Shown here piece after piece: positions 16,789 through 27,621 of a stretch of DNA of 48,141 nucleotides. The translations under genes were made by a program, and so were the position numbers. Position 1 is the stretch's first letter, and every line of letters begins with the position of its first letter. The stretch comes from a bacterium (GTDB lineage: Bacteria; Calditrichota; Calditrichia; RBG-13-44-9). The stretch is taken from positions 3,450,276-3,498,416 of the forward strand of contig CP070707.1 in NCBI GenBank assembly GCA_020350205.1, read 5' to 3'. Below the pieces are notes generated by a model. It worked only from the letters and a program-made list of their open reading frames with translations. It was not told the origin of the DNA and did no database searches.

Positions 16789-19700
16789 ATGTATTTATCG
16801 AAATTAGACATTTTTGGTTTTAAATCTTTTGCCCAAAAAGTATCTTTCCGATTCGAAGATGGTATCACTGCCATTATCGGTCCGAACGGCTGTGGTAAAT
16901 CCAACATTGTGGATGCTATCCGGTGGGTACTGGGTGAGCAAAAACCATCATTGCTCCGTTTGGACAAGATGGAAAATTTGATTTTTAATGGAACTGCCGT
17001 ACGCAAACCTCTCAGTATGGTAGAAGTTTCCATATTAATTGAAAATACCAAGAATATTTTGCCTTCCCTTTACACTGAAGTAAAAATCACCCGCAGACTC
17101 TATCGTTCCGGTGAGAGTGAATACCTTCTGAATAACCGCCAGGTGAGATTGAAAGATATTATTGATCTGTTTGCCGATACGGGTATGGGTTCAGATGCTT
17201 ATTCGGTTATTGAGCTTAAAATGGTTGAACAGATTTTGAGTGACAATGCCGAAGAGCGCAGAAGATTATTTGAAGAGGCTGCGGGAATCAAGAAATACAA
17301 GTTCAGGCGGAAGTCGGCTATCCGGAAATTGGAAACAACAGATCAGGAATTGGTCAGGCTTAACGATGTGATATCGGAAGTTCAAAAAACCGTAAACTCA
17401 TTATCCCGCCAGGTTGGGAAAGCAAGGCGGTACCATCAATATAAGAACGAGCTAAAACAGAAAGAAATTTATATTTATCAATACCGGGATAAACGGTATG
17501 GTCTTGATTTAATTCCTTTACGGGAAGAGTTTAGCCAGGTTCGGCAGACCAGGGAAAGGCTGGGTAAGGAGGTGAATCTGGGAGAAGCCGAGCTGGAGAA
17601 ATTGCAGGTTAAATCAGTCGATTTGGAAAAAATATTTCGGGAGGTCAGTGGCAGATTGACCCTGTCAGATAATAAAATTCGTGACATCCAGCAAAAAGTA
17701 CAACTTAATGAGCAAAAGATAGAGTCATTCAGGGAAAATTGCCAGGAGCGTCAGACAGAAATTGCAGCACTGGAAAAACGGCTTGCTGACTATGCAACGC
17801 AGATCATCTCTTTGGAAAAAGAAGTGGAAAAAAACCGGGGAGATCTGAGCCAGAAGGAAAAGGTTTATCAGGAGAATAGCCACATCGAAAAAGCTGCTGA
17901 AGATAAACTTGACCAGATCAGGCAACAATTCCAGGAATTTCGTCAGAAAAATCAATCTCGCTTGGAAGAAATTAGAATACAACGTGAAGAAATTCAGAGG
18001 ATAAATATTGAGAGAGATAATTTTTTGAGACAACGTGAAAAACTCACCCTCTCTGTCAAAAATCTGGAAGAGCAACTTGAGCAAAAGCAATCCAGCCTGA
18101 GTCAGATTGAAATAGATCTAAAAAAGGCGCAGGAGGAACGGAATATATTTTTGCAGGAAATTTCCAGACTGGAGAAGCGGGGCGATGAAATTGAACTCCA
18201 AACCAACCGGCTGGAGGAAGAAAAAAATCAATTGCTTGGCCAGTTGGAAAAAGAAAATTCACGTTCTGATTTCTTGAAAAACCTGATTGAGAATTATGAG
18301 GGATTTTCGGAGAGTATACAGTATATAATGTCTCAGAAAAATAATTATAAAGGGCTTATCGATATTCTGGCGAATATGGTTCACACGCGGGAAGAATTTA
18401 GACCAGCGCTGGAAAGTTATCTGGAGGATATATCGAATTATCTGGTTGTGGAGGGTGAGGACACGGCACGTTCAATTTTATCTGAAATCCGTAAACAAAA
18501 AAAAGGCAGACTTACGCTTATTCCGCTTTCTCTGCTGAACAATAACCGGAATTCCCGTCCTGAACACAAGGATTTTGATGGTGATGTTAAGTTTCTGAAA
18601 GACATTGTTCAATATGATAAACAATATGAGAAATTATTTGGATTTCTGTTTGACCGGGTAGTGCTGGTAGAAGATATGGAGACTGCCTTGCGTTATCACC
18701 ATATGAACAGCTCCTACAGATTCCTAACCCGCGAGGGAGAGCTGGTGGGTGAGTGGGGACATATGACAGGAGGAAACTCGCATCGCTCGATAAATCTGAC
18801 CGGTCGAAAAGCTCAGTACGAATCTGTAGTGAAGAAAGTTCGAGAAAGTGGGAAACAACTGCAGAAAATTTCGGAAAAGCTGGAACAAGTTAGACAAGAG
18901 CAGTCGGTTCAAAAGGAAAGACGGGCTGGGTTGGTTTTGCAGGAAAAGGAGCAGGAGGAGCAGGTCAACTTGCTCGAAAAACGGCGGGATTTTGAGAGTT
19001 ATGAATTTAAGAATCTTGAGGCACGGTTATTGGAACAGCGGGAAGAAATCACATCAATTCAGTCGCAATTGATGCAGATTGCTGAAAGGGAAAAGAAACT
19101 CCAGCCGGTTTTAGAACAGGCGGATCGACTGGTTTCGGAATCAAATGAAGCTGAGGCAGATCTAACTTCTGAAATGAAGCAGGCGGATGAAAATTTTCGG
19201 CGACTTTCCAGAATAGCCCAGGAACATCAGATAACATTTTTGAATCAGCAAAACCAGATGAATGAGCGAATTCAGAAAATTGGGTTTTTAAAACAATCCG
19301 ACCAGGAAACACGGGAAAGAATTAACGCAGCACAAACTGAAATGAACGGTTATTCCGGCCATATTGAAATTGCTGAGAAGGAAATAAAAAGTGCCCGCTC
19401 CGAACTTGAGATTCTCTACCGGGGAAGGGATGCCATTGAACAAGAAAAAAATGAGGTCGAGAATAATTACCAGTCCCTGAAATCTTTGATATTATCCAGA
19501 GAGGAAGAGATCAAAAAATTGCATCGACGCTGGAATCAGGCGCTGGAACGCTTGAAGGAGCTGGAATTAAAAATGCAGGAAATTGAGATCAAGCAGAAAA
19601 GTCAGAAAGAACAATTTGAAGAGCAATATGGATCTGAACTTGATGAAATTGTCGCTGAAAATCCTCTTCCTGAAAATCCCGATATTCAACAAATTCAGGA

Positions 19701-20328
19701 AGAATTAGTGCAGCTTCGTCATAAAATTGAAAATTTGGGTGAGGTAAATCCCCTGGCCGTAAAAGAATATGATAAGGAAAAAGGACGGCTGGATTTTCTG
19801 AAAGAACAGCAGGAAGATTTGCTGGAAGCAAAAGCAGAGCTTCTTGAGACCATTAACAAGTTAAATAAAACTGCCCGGGGTTTGTTTTTGGAAACCTTTG
19901 AACAGATTGGTCAAAATTTCCGGGGTGTATTCGGCAAATTTTTTGAAGGTGGGCAGGCCGAACTTCAACTGATAGAAAATGAAGATCCCCTGGAATCGAA
20001 CATCGATATCTCAGTTCATATCAAAGGTCGCAAGCTTACCACACTTAACCTGATGTCAGCTGGGGAGAAGACTTTAACCGCAATCTCTCTATTGTTTGCC
20101 ATCTATCTATACAAGCCAAGTCCCTTTTGCATACTGGATGAAGTGGACGCCCCGCTGGATGATGTCAATATTGCCCGCTATACTCATGCACTAAAGGAAT
20201 TTTCCGATAATACCCAATTCATCCTGGTAACTCACAATAAAATGACCATGCAGGCAGCACAGGCCATGTATGGCATTACTATGGAGGAACCCGGAATAAG
20301 TAAAGTGGTTTCCGTACGGTTTGATTGA
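16789..20328 (+). CDS. smc: Chromosome segregation protein SMC
   Basis: GFKSF, Walker A GPNGCGKSN, long coiled coils, hinge G-x6-G-x3-GG, signature MSAGEK, Walker B/D-loop ILDEVDAPLD. Confidence 0.97.
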   Translation: MYLSKLDIFGFKSFAQKVSFRFEDGITAIIGPNGCGKSNIVDAIRWVLGEQKPSLLRLDKMENLIFNGTAVRKPLSMVEVSILIENTKNILPSLYTEVKITRRLYRSGESEYLLNNRQVRLKDIIDLFADTGMGSDAYSVIELKMVEQILSDNAEERRRLFEEAAGIKKYKFRRKSAIRKLETTDQELVRLNDVISEVQKTVNSLSRQVGKARRYHQYKNELKQKEIYIYQYRDKRYGLDLIPLREEFSQVRQTRERLGKEVNLGEAELEKLQVKSVDLEKIFREVSGRLTLSDNKIRDIQQKVQLNEQKIESFRENCQERQTEIAALEKRLADYATQIISLEKEVEKNRGDLSQKEKVYQENSHIEKAAEDKLDQIRQQFQEFRQKNQSRLEEIRIQREEIQRINIERDNFLRQREKLTLSVKNLEEQLEQKQSSLSQIEIDLKKAQEERNIFLQEISRLEKRGDEIELQTNRLEEEKNQLLGQLEKENSRSDFLKNLIENYEGFSESIQYIMSQKNNYKGLIDILANMVHTREEFRPALESYLEDISNYLVVEGEDTARSILSEIRKQKKGRLTLIPLSLLNNNRNSRPEHKDFDGDVKFLKDIVQYDKQYEKLFGFLFDRVVLVEDMETALRYHHMNSSYRFLTREGELVGEWGHMTGGNSHRSINLTGRKAQYESVVKKVRESGKQLQKISEKLEQVRQEQSVQKERRAGLVLQEKEQEEQVNLLEKRRDFESYEFKNLEARLLEQREEITSIQSQLMQIAEREKKLQPVLEQADRLVSESNEAEADLTSEMKQADENFRRLSRIAQEHQITFLNQQNQMNERIQKIGFLKQSDQETRERINAAQTEMNGYSGHIEIAEKEIKSARSELEILYRGRDAIEQEKNEVENNYQSLKSLILSREEEIKKLHRRWNQALERLKELELKMQEIEIKQKSQKEQFEEQYGSELDEIVAENPLPENPDIQQIQEELVQLRHKIENLGEVNPLAVKEYDKEKGRLDFLKEQQEDLLEAKAELLETINKLNKTARGLFLETFEQIGQNFRGVFGKFFEGGQAELQLIENEDPLESNIDISVHIKGRKLTTLNLMSAGEKTLTAISLLFAIYLYKPSPFCILDEVDAPLDDVNIARYTHALKEFSDNTQFILVTHNKMTMQAAQAMYGITMEEPGISKVVSVRFD

Positions 20329-20419
20329 GGCAGTATTATTCATATTCGGGATCTCTTTTGCTCAAAAAAAGTTAATCTTTGCAATACGAAATTCAGCGGA
20401 TAAAAAAAAGGAATAGATT

Positions 20420-22165
20420 ATGCACATGTCACGAGTTTGGGGTGTCATTCTGGTTATAATCTCTCTGGGATACAGTCAAAATTCAGAAAAATTCTCTTAT
20501 GCATTACAACAGCAAGTAAATGATATCAGTGGGGAGAAGAGTCTGTTTGTTTGGGTATTTTTTAAGGATAAAGGGATTGATCTGGGTGAAAAATTGGCCA
20601 TAGCCGAACAGAATCTGTTACCCAAAGCACGGGAGAGACGAAAACGACATTTTAAATCTGAATCCGGTCTGGTTGATTTTCATGATCTACCTGTCTCAAA
20701 ATCCTACCTGCAAAAGCTGAGTGAAGTGAGTCTGGAAATAAGGCAAAAAAGCCGTTGGTTAAATGCGGTTTCGGTTGAGGTAGCCCGGGATAATCTCCAT
20801 CAAATTGCCACACTTTCTTTTGTCCGGTATCTCGATCTGGTATTTATCAAGGATGAGCCAATTCCGGTGGTTGATTTTTCTGCAGCAGTGTCACCTGATG
20901 TGCCCGAAAATACCGAAGTGCTCAATTACGGCGAATCCCTGGAGCAAAATCAGCAGATCAATGTGATCTCTCTGCATAATATGGGATATGATGGGAGCGG
21001 CGTGCTGATTGCGATGCTCGACGCGGGTTTTAACAATCTGGAACATCAGGCTTTGAAGCATTTGAATATCCTGGCGAGTTGGGATTTTGTGAATGGGGAC
21101 AGTGTGGTCTGGGACGAACCTGGACAAATGGGAACCGGTAACCATGGGACCTGGACCTTGAGTGCGTTGGCCGGTTTTAAAGATGGATTTTTGATTGGCC
21201 CTGCTTACGGAGCAGATTTTTTACTGGCCAAAACTGAGAATACCGACTGGGAGCGTCATGTTGAGGAAGATGCCTGGATTGCCGGTGCAGAATGGGCGGA
21301 TAGTCTGGGGGCTGATATTATTAGCAGTTCTTTGGGATATTTTAATGGATTTACCAATGGAGATACGAATTACACCTGGCAGGATATGGATGGCAATACC
21401 ACCATCGTCACCCGGGGTGCCGATATGGCTGCCGGTCGGGGGATCCTGGTGGTAAACTCGGCCGGGAATGAGGGATTTCCCTATTTACCTGTGGAAAACA
21501 CCTTAATTGGCCCGGCAGATGGGGATAGCGTTTTAGCGATCGGATCTGTGCGTTCGGATGGAACCCGTTCCAGTTTTAGCTCCATGGGACCGACTGTGGA
21601 TGGCAGAATTAAGCCGGATGTCATGGCCAGAGGAAGTCAGACCTTCTGTGCCAGTGTTTCTGATACCGTGAGTTATTCCAGGGTGAGCGGAACCTCTCTT
21701 TCCTGCCCGCTGGTTGCTGGGGCAGCCGCACTTGTATTGCAGGTAAATCCGAATTTTACCAATATGGATATCATCCATGCTTTACATAATACTGCCAGTC
21801 AGGCCAGTAATCCTAATAATCAATATGGATGGGGAATCATTGATGCCTTTCAGGCCGCAAGTCCGATTACTGCTGTTCAGACCTCACAGCCTGAAATTAT
21901 TAGAACCCTCAGAATCTATGGAAATTATCCAAATCCTTTTAATCCGACCACCACCATTACCTTTGATGTTCCCAGTGCCGGATATCTGAATCTTTCCGTT
22001 TACAATCTTGTCGGAGAGCAGGTCACAGAATTGATTCGTGGATGGACTGAAGGTGGAACTCATAATGTAACCTGGAATGCTTCTAATTTAAGTAGTGGTA
22101 TGTATCTGATTGTCCTTGAAAATGCCCAAAACCGCACCATCAGTAAAGCCCTGTTGGTTAAGTAA
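20420..22165 (+). CDS. Secreted S8 (subtilisin-like) serine peptidase with C-terminal sorting/FlgD-Ig-like domain
   Basis: Catalytic D (MLDAGF), H (NHGT), oxyanion N (SAGNEG) and S (GTSLSCP); C-terminal NYPNPFNPTT...IY/VYNL.G..V...SSGMY domain. Confidence 0.92.
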   Translation: MHMSRVWGVILVIISLGYSQNSEKFSYALQQQVNDISGEKSLFVWVFFKDKGIDLGEKLAIAEQNLLPKARERRKRHFKSESGLVDFHDLPVSKSYLQKLSEVSLEIRQKSRWLNAVSVEVARDNLHQIATLSFVRYLDLVFIKDEPIPVVDFSAAVSPDVPENTEVLNYGESLEQNQQINVISLHNMGYDGSGVLIAMLDAGFNNLEHQALKHLNILASWDFVNGDSVVWDEPGQMGTGNHGTWTLSALAGFKDGFLIGPAYGADFLLAKTENTDWERHVEEDAWIAGAEWADSLGADIISSSLGYFNGFTNGDTNYTWQDMDGNTTIVTRGADMAAGRGILVVNSAGNEGFPYLPVENTLIGPADGDSVLAIGSVRSDGTRSSFSSMGPTVDGRIKPDVMARGSQTFCASVSDTVSYSRVSGTSLSCPLVAGAAALVLQVNPNFTNMDIIHALHNTASQASNPNNQYGWGIIDAFQAASPITAVQTSQPEIIRTLRIYGNYPNPFNPTTTITFDVPSAGYLNLSVYNLVGEQVTELIRGWTEGGTHNVTWNASNLSSGMYLIVLENAQNRTISKALLVK

Positions 22166-22195
22166 ATATTTTTAGATCCCTAGGGGAGGTACACA

Positions 22196-22465
22196 TTGGC
22201 AGCTGTTGATTACCCGTTGGATGGGACACTGGATCTGCATACCTTTCACCCGCGGGATATAAAGGATTTGATTCCTGAATATATTCGGGCTTGCCAGGAA
22301 AAAAAAATAAATCAGATTCGAATCATTCACGGGAAGGGTACAGGTACTTTGCGGCGTCAGGTTCATTCCATTTTAGATAAACATCCTGAAGTGATTCGAT
22401 ACTGGCATGAAGGAGGAAGCGGAGGATCATGGGGGGCGACCATCGTTCTTTTAAAATCACTCTGA
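22196..22465 (+). CDS. Stand-alone Smr/MutS2 C-terminal domain protein
   Basis: LDLH, RIIHGKGTGTLR and GGSWGAT motifs; TTG start after GGGGAGG. Confidence 0.9.
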   Translation: MAAVDYPLDGTLDLHTFHPRDIKDLIPEYIRACQEKKINQIRIIHGKGTGTLRRQVHSILDKHPEVIRYWHEGGSGGSWGATIVLLKSL

Positions 22466-22579
22466 AAACCAACACGCAATTAATTCGAAAGTGAAACATT
22501 TTAATTGTCGGTTTAGTTGTTGCTTGTTCAATAGGAATCCTAAACAGGTAAAGGTAAATTTGCTGTATTTATTTCTGCC

Positions 22580-22609
22580 TTGATTTTTAGGTTTGTTTCC
22601 ATTTATAAT
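22580..22609 (+). promoter_or_regulatory. Sigma70-type promoter of pckG
   Basis: TTGATT, 18 nt, TATAAT. Confidence 0.5.
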
Positions 22610-22697
22610 TGAAACCATGCAAAAGCGCTACACCTTAGTCTCTTTGCATCAATAATAGCACATTTAAGCAACGGTTCCTGAATATAAGGAGAAGTCA

Positions 22698-24575
22698 ATG
22701 GCTTTGACGCCCGAGAAATTCCTTAAAGATAAATTAAGTCCTGATGCATTTAGCAAACTAATCCAACTTCGAAACCAGAAATTACTAGAATTTATTAGCG
22801 AATATATTAAAAAATGTAATCCTGCCTCGGTTTTCGTGTGTACTGACGATGCAGAGGATATTGAATATATCAAGAAGCGATCCTTACACAATGGTGAGGA
22901 GAAGGCGCTGGCGATCTCAGGACACACCGTTCATTTTGATAACTATTTAGATCAGGCGCGGGATAAAAAACATACTGCAATTCTGCTGCCGGCAGGTAAA
23001 ACACTTGATGAAAAAATAAGCACCATGGATCGCACATCAGGATTGGATGACATTCAGAATATTATGCAGGATATCATGACGGGTAAGGAGATGATTGTGC
23101 GGTTTTTCTGTCTGGGGCCGAATGCATCCCCCTTCTCAATACCGGCTGTTCAGATTACAGATTCTGCCTACGTGGCCCACAGTGAAGACCTGTTGTATCG
23201 ACCCGGATACCGTGAATTTCTCAGGCTGGGAAATTCTGCACGATTTTTTAAATTCATTCATTCACAGGGTGAGCTGGATGAACGAAATACCTGCAAGAAT
23301 TTAGATCAGCGACGGGTTTACATCGATCTCGAGGAGGAAATTGTTTACAGTGCCAATACCCAATATGGTGGAAATACCATCGGCTTAAAGAAGCTTGCCA
23401 TGCGGCTGGCTATTCAACGTGCGTTCAATGAAGGTTGGCTGACCGAGCATATGCTGATTATGGCTATTCACGGACCGGGTGGACGCTCCACATATTTCAC
23501 AGGAGCATTTCCCTCCCTGTGTGGCAAAACCTCCACTGCTATGCTGGAGGGCGAGACCATTGTGGGTGATGATATTGCCTATCTTCACAAAAAGGATGGT
23601 GAGGTCCGGGCCGTAAATGTTGAGAAAGGGATATTCGGTATCATCATGGGTATTAATTCCAAAGATGATCCCATACAGTGGAACGCGCTTCACTCACCTA
23701 ATGAAGTAATTTTTTCTAATATACTTGTTACATCTGATTTAAATGCCTATTGGGTAGGAAAAGATGGTGAAATGCCACAGAAAGGAGAAAATCACTCCGG
23801 AGAGTGGTGGAAGGGTAAACAGGATGACTCCGGTCGTGATATTCCCCCGTCACATCCCAATGCACGTTTTACTATTTCACTGGATGCTATGCAGAATCTG
23901 GATAAAGCCGCACACGACCCGGCCGGGGTTCCGATCTCCGGCATTGTCTACGGTGGGAGAGATGCGGACACATCGGTTCCGGTGGAGGAGGCGTTCCATT
24001 GGAACCACGGTATAGTTACCAAAGGAGCAGCACTGGAATCCGAAACAACCGCGGCAACTCTGGGGAAGGAGGGGGTAAGGCAATTCAACCCGATGTCAAA
24101 TCTGGATTTTTTATCCATTTCCATCGGAAATTATGTAAGAATTAATTTGGATTTCGGTAAAAATCTGAAAAAATCTCCCTTGATTTTTTCGGTTAATTAC
24201 TTTTTACTGGATGAAAACGGTAAATTCCTGAATGAAAAAAATGATAAGAAAGTCTGGTATCGTTGGATGGAGCTTCGGGTAAATGGGGATGTTGAGGCCA
24301 TTGTAACACCCACCGGAAGAATTCCCCGGTATGAGGATCTGAACCCCCTCTTCAAGTCGATATTAGACAAGGATTACACGTTAAGTGAGTACACCAAACA
24401 GTTTACCGTCCGAATCCCTGAAAACCTCCATAAGATTGATCGGATTGTTAACATTTATAAGAATATACTGGATACTCCGCGGGAAATTTTTATGGAATTG
24501 TCCGCGCAAAAAGACCGGCTGCAGAAAGCACAACAAGAACATGGAGATTATATCACACCCCGACAGTTGAGTTGA
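22698..24575 (+). CDS. pckG: Phosphoenolpyruvate carboxykinase (GTP-dependent)
   Basis: DQAR, YGGN..GLKK, WLTEHM, P-loop FPSLCGKT, VGDDIA, HPNARF, YGGRD and NPMSNLDF motifs. Confidence 0.95.
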   Translation: MALTPEKFLKDKLSPDAFSKLIQLRNQKLLEFISEYIKKCNPASVFVCTDDAEDIEYIKKRSLHNGEEKALAISGHTVHFDNYLDQARDKKHTAILLPAGKTLDEKISTMDRTSGLDDIQNIMQDIMTGKEMIVRFFCLGPNASPFSIPAVQITDSAYVAHSEDLLYRPGYREFLRLGNSARFFKFIHSQGELDERNTCKNLDQRRVYIDLEEEIVYSANTQYGGNTIGLKKLAMRLAIQRAFNEGWLTEHMLIMAIHGPGGRSTYFTGAFPSLCGKTSTAMLEGETIVGDDIAYLHKKDGEVRAVNVEKGIFGIIMGINSKDDPIQWNALHSPNEVIFSNILVTSDLNAYWVGKDGEMPQKGENHSGEWWKGKQDDSGRDIPPSHPNARFTISLDAMQNLDKAAHDPAGVPISGIVYGGRDADTSVPVEEAFHWNHGIVTKGAALESETTAATLGKEGVRQFNPMSNLDFLSISIGNYVRINLDFGKNLKKSPLIFSVNYFLLDENGKFLNEKNDKKVWYRWMELRVNGDVEAIVTPTGRIPRYEDLNPLFKSILDKDYTLSEYTKQFTVRIPENLHKIDRIVNIYKNILDTPREIFMELSAQKDRLQKAQQEHGDYITPRQLS

Positions 24576-24649
24576 TTCAAACCACGGACAGGTGGTGCTC
24601 TGTAAAATGAAAAAACTTATTTCCTCTTTGAAATCTAGTCTGTAAAAAG

Positions 24650-24680
24650 GCTTGATTTCAGAATCAAGCACTTTTAAATT
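24650..24680 (+). promoter_or_regulatory. parA promoter with overlapping inverted repeat
   Basis: TTGATT (24652-57), 17 nt, TAAATT (24675-80); inverted repeat GCTTGATT-TCAG-AATCAAGC (24650-24669). Confidence 0.5.
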
Positions 24681-24706
24681 TCAAAGCTTGAATATAAAGA
24701 TCATCC

Positions 24707-25471
24707 ATGGCGAAAATACTTGCGATTGCAAACCAGAAAGGTGGGGTTGGAAAAACAACCACTGCGGTCAACCTAGCATCGTGTCTGGCAATTGCCGAAA
24801 AAAAAACTTTATTGATTGATATTGATCCACAGGCCAATGCGACCTCCGGATTGGGTGTAGATTCTCGTACTCTTCCGATAAGCATTTATGATGTCATTAT
24901 CAATCGAGAATCGGTATCCACAGCTTTGCTCAATACCAAAGTTCCTAATTTAGATCTATTGCCCTCACATATCAATCTGGTGGGAGCAGAGGTAGAGTTG
25001 GTGCAAGTGATTGCCCGGGAGCAGCTCCTTCGTGAAGCCGTTAAAACGATTAAAGATGCCTTTGATTTTATTATTATTGACTGTCCACCTTCACTGGGAA
25101 TTCTAACTTTGAATGCGTTAACTGCTGCAGATGGGGTTCTTATCCCCATACAATGCGAGTATTATGCCTTGGAAGGTCTGAGTCAGCTGCTAAATACGGT
25201 GAGACTGGTGCAAAAACACCTTAATGAACAGTTGACCATCTATGGGGTGCTTCTCACTATGTACGATAACCGTCTGAATTTGTGCAATCAGGTTGCTGGA
25301 GAGGTGCGTAATTTTTTTAAAGATAAAGTCTATGATACCATAATTGCCCGAAATGTTAGATTAAGTGAAGCCCCAAGTTTTGGACTTCCCATATTAATGT
25401 ACGATGCCACATCATCGGGGGCGACCAACTACATGAAGCTTGCAGAGGAGTTATTGGCTGATGAAATCTAA
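24707..25471 (+). CDS. parA: Chromosome partitioning ATPase ParA/Soj
   Basis: [37 protein letters not shown] and [11 protein letters not shown] motifs. Confidence 0.97.
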   Translation: MAKILAIANQKGGVGKTTTAVNLASCLAIAEKKTLLIDIDPQANATSGLGVDSRTLPISIYDVIINRESVSTALLNTKVPNLDLLPSHINLVGAEVELVQVIAREQLLREAVKTIKDAFDFIIIDCPPSLGILTLNALTAADGVLIPIQCEYYALEGLSQLLNTVRLVQKHLNEQLTIYGVLLTMYDNRLNLCNQVAGEVRNFFKDKVYDTIIARNVRLSEAPSFGLPILMYDATSSGATNYMKLAEELLADEI

Positions 25472-26339
25472 AACCAGACTGGGTAAAGGCCTTGAAGCTC
25501 TGATTTCCACGCCGGTGGATCAGATTACGCCAAAAATGAGAAAAACCCTGCATGAGATCGATGTGGCATTAGTCGATCCAAATCCATTTCAACCCAGAAT
25601 GGAAATGGATCAGGATGCATTCGAGGAATTGAAAAAATCAGTGCGGGAAAAGGGGATCATTCAACCGGTTGCGGTTCGGCCCAGCTCCAACGGGCGGTTC
25701 CAGCTAATTGCCGGGGAGAGAAGGTTAAAAGCTGCGATTGCCGTGGGTTTAAAGGGTATACCGGCATATATTCTGAATGTCTCCAGTGATGAGGATATGC
25801 TGGAGATGGCGCTTATTGAGAATGTCCAACGGGAACACCTGAATCCCATCGATCTGGCTAATGGTTATCAGCGTCTCATTGATGAAGTACATCTTACGCA
25901 GGAGGAGGTAGCGGAGAAAATTGGAAAAGACCGGGCTACTGTCGCCAATATTATTCGCCTGCTTAAATTACCGGAAAAAATACAGGACAGCCTGAAAAAG
26001 GGAGAAATCAAAGAAGGACATGCCCGCGCAATCCTGGGATTGACCGATCCCAATAATCAGCTTGAGCTGTGGAAAAAAACCATTAAAAACAGTTATTCGG
26101 TGAGGAAGGTGGAAGAAGAAGTAAAAAAATGGCGAGATGGTTCTCCCCATCATCATCTGCAAAAAATGGCGCGAAAGAAATCACCCCTCATAAGTCGTAC
26201 TGAAAACAACCTTCGTGAAAAATTTGGAACCCAGGTTAAAGTCCGGACAAAGCGTGATGGTGGGGCAATTGAAATTTTTTTCTATTCTCGCGAAGATTTA
26301 GACCGATTATTGGAACTGTTCGATGAAATAAAAGTTTGA
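25461..26339 (+). CDS. parB: Chromosome partitioning protein ParB/Spo0J
   Basis: RLGKGLEAL (ParA-binding), NPFQPR, GIIQP, AGERR, ENVQRE and HTH motifs; ATG 25461 overlaps the parA end. Confidence 0.97.
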   Translation: MKSKTRLGKGLEALISTPVDQITPKMRKTLHEIDVALVDPNPFQPRMEMDQDAFEELKKSVREKGIIQPVAVRPSSNGRFQLIAGERRLKAAIAVGLKGIPAYILNVSSDEDMLEMALIENVQREHLNPIDLANGYQRLIDEVHLTQEEVAEKIGKDRATVANIIRLLKLPEKIQDSLKKGEIKEGHARAILGLTDPNNQLELWKKTIKNSYSVRKVEEEVKKWRDGSPHHHLQKMARKKSPLISRTENNLREKFGTQVKVRTKRDGGAIEIFFYSREDLDRLLELFDEIKV

Positions 26340-26372
26340 GAGCAAGAATATGCTTAAACAAAGGGTATAAAG

Positions 26373-27149
26373 GTGGCACACAAGAAACATAAAAAGAAGT
26401 TTCTCAATATTTTATTAATTCCTGATGACGAATCGAATGCAAAAAATTTCAGAATTCGTTTTTCTGTACTCACCGCAGCTTTATTACTTATCATATTTAT
26501 CTTTGTCGGCATAGTGATCGGTGCATTCACTTATGGTCAGTTACTACAGAAAGCTTATGAAAATATCAGCCTGAGACAGCAAAACGAACAGCTATTAGGA
26601 CAACTCCAGAAAGTGAATGAATTGACAACCGAACTGGATAATTTGAAAGGGTATGGTAAAAAGGTTCGCAATAGTCTGATTGGCTATGTCAATCTTCAGG
26701 GCAATCCGGATGAAGTTGCATCGGATTCAGACGAAGATTCCGGATCGAATCAATCCCTCTTTTCAATCTTCAACTCTATTCCCCTGAAGGCGCCGGTAAC
26801 CGGATTTTTAAGCCAGGATTTCAATCAGAATATTCATAACGGCGTGGATATTGTTGCGCCTGAGGGAACACCCATTGTGGCCTCCGGTAATGGCGTTATC
26901 CTATTTTCCGGCTGGACTACGGATGGGGGAAATACCATTGTGATAGGTCATAAGGGGGGATACTATTCCTATTATAAGCACAATTTGCGAAATCTGGTTT
27001 ATGAAAATCAATTAGTTGAGCAGGGAGAAGTAATTGGTTATCTGGGAAATTCTGGTCAAAAATCATATGGGCCACACCTTCATTTTGAGATTTGGAAAGA
27101 TGGTGCCCCCATTGATCCTAGATTGTTAGTTTTAGATCTTAATAAATAG
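26373..27149 (+). CDS. M23 family metallopeptidase, membrane-anchored with coiled coil
   Basis: Basic cytoplasmic N-terminus, TM helix, coiled coil, HNGVD (HxxxD) and GPHLHFE (HxH) motifs; GTG start. Confidence 0.92.
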   Translation: MAHKKHKKKFLNILLIPDDESNAKNFRIRFSVLTAALLLIIFIFVGIVIGAFTYGQLLQKAYENISLRQQNEQLLGQLQKVNELTTELDNLKGYGKKVRNSLIGYVNLQGNPDEVASDSDEDSGSNQSLFSIFNSIPLKAPVTGFLSQDFNQNIHNGVDIVAPEGTPIVASGNGVILFSGWTTDGGNTIVIGHKGGYYSYYKHNLRNLVYENQLVEQGEVIGYLGNSGQKSYGPHLHFEIWKDGAPIDPRLLVLDLNK

Positions 27150-27174
27150 TATTTTTTCTGAGGAGAGTACACGT

Positions 27175-27621
27175 ATGGCATTAAAAACAAAAGATGTGGA
27201 ATCTGATTTCAAGCAATCCAATGAATTGAATTTTATTGGAAGTGGTACCTATGTAGAAGGTTCCATCGAAGCAAAAGGAAGCCTTCGTATAGATGGTCGT
27301 GTGAAGGGCGCTGTCAGAGCTGCAGATACTCTAACCATCGGTGCCAAAGGTGAAGTTTCAGGTGAGGTTCACGCTCGCATGGCGGTGGTTGGCGGTAAAG
27401 TTGAAGGTGACATCAGAGTGGAAGAAAAATTGGTTCTGGAAGCAAATTCAGTTCTGGTTGGAAACTTAAAAGCTAAAAAACTTGTGATTGATGATGGTGC
27501 GGTTTTTCAAGGTAAATCGGATATGGGTGCTTCCAAATCCATGAAATCCACGCCTGCGCCCATGCCATTCCAGCGGGCGGGAGATAATGCGGATGATCAA
27601 GAATCCGCTGAGAAAAAATAA
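27175..27621 (+). CDS. Bactofilin (polymer-forming cytoskeletal protein)
   Basis: Beta-helix repeats IGSGTYVEGSI..GSLRIDGRVKG..LTIGAKGEVSG..VVGGKVEGDI..LVIDDGAVFQG; GAGGAG RBS. Confidence 0.93.
   Translation: MALKTKDVESDFKQSNELNFIGSGTYVEGSIEAKGSLRIDGRVKGAVRAADTLTIGAKGEVSGEVHARMAVVGGKVEGDIRVEEKLVLEANSVLVGNLKAKKLVIDDGAVFQGKSDMGASKSMKSTPAPMPFQRAGDNADDQESAEKK

Noticed and set aside
22466-22560. Possible c-di-GMP-type riboswitch upstream of pckG (TTCGAAAG, CCTAAAC..GGTA fragments; CAATTAA/TTAATTG stem)
   Set aside because: Core GGCAAA and GGGACGCAAAGC elements are absent, and the region lies upstream of the candidate promoter.
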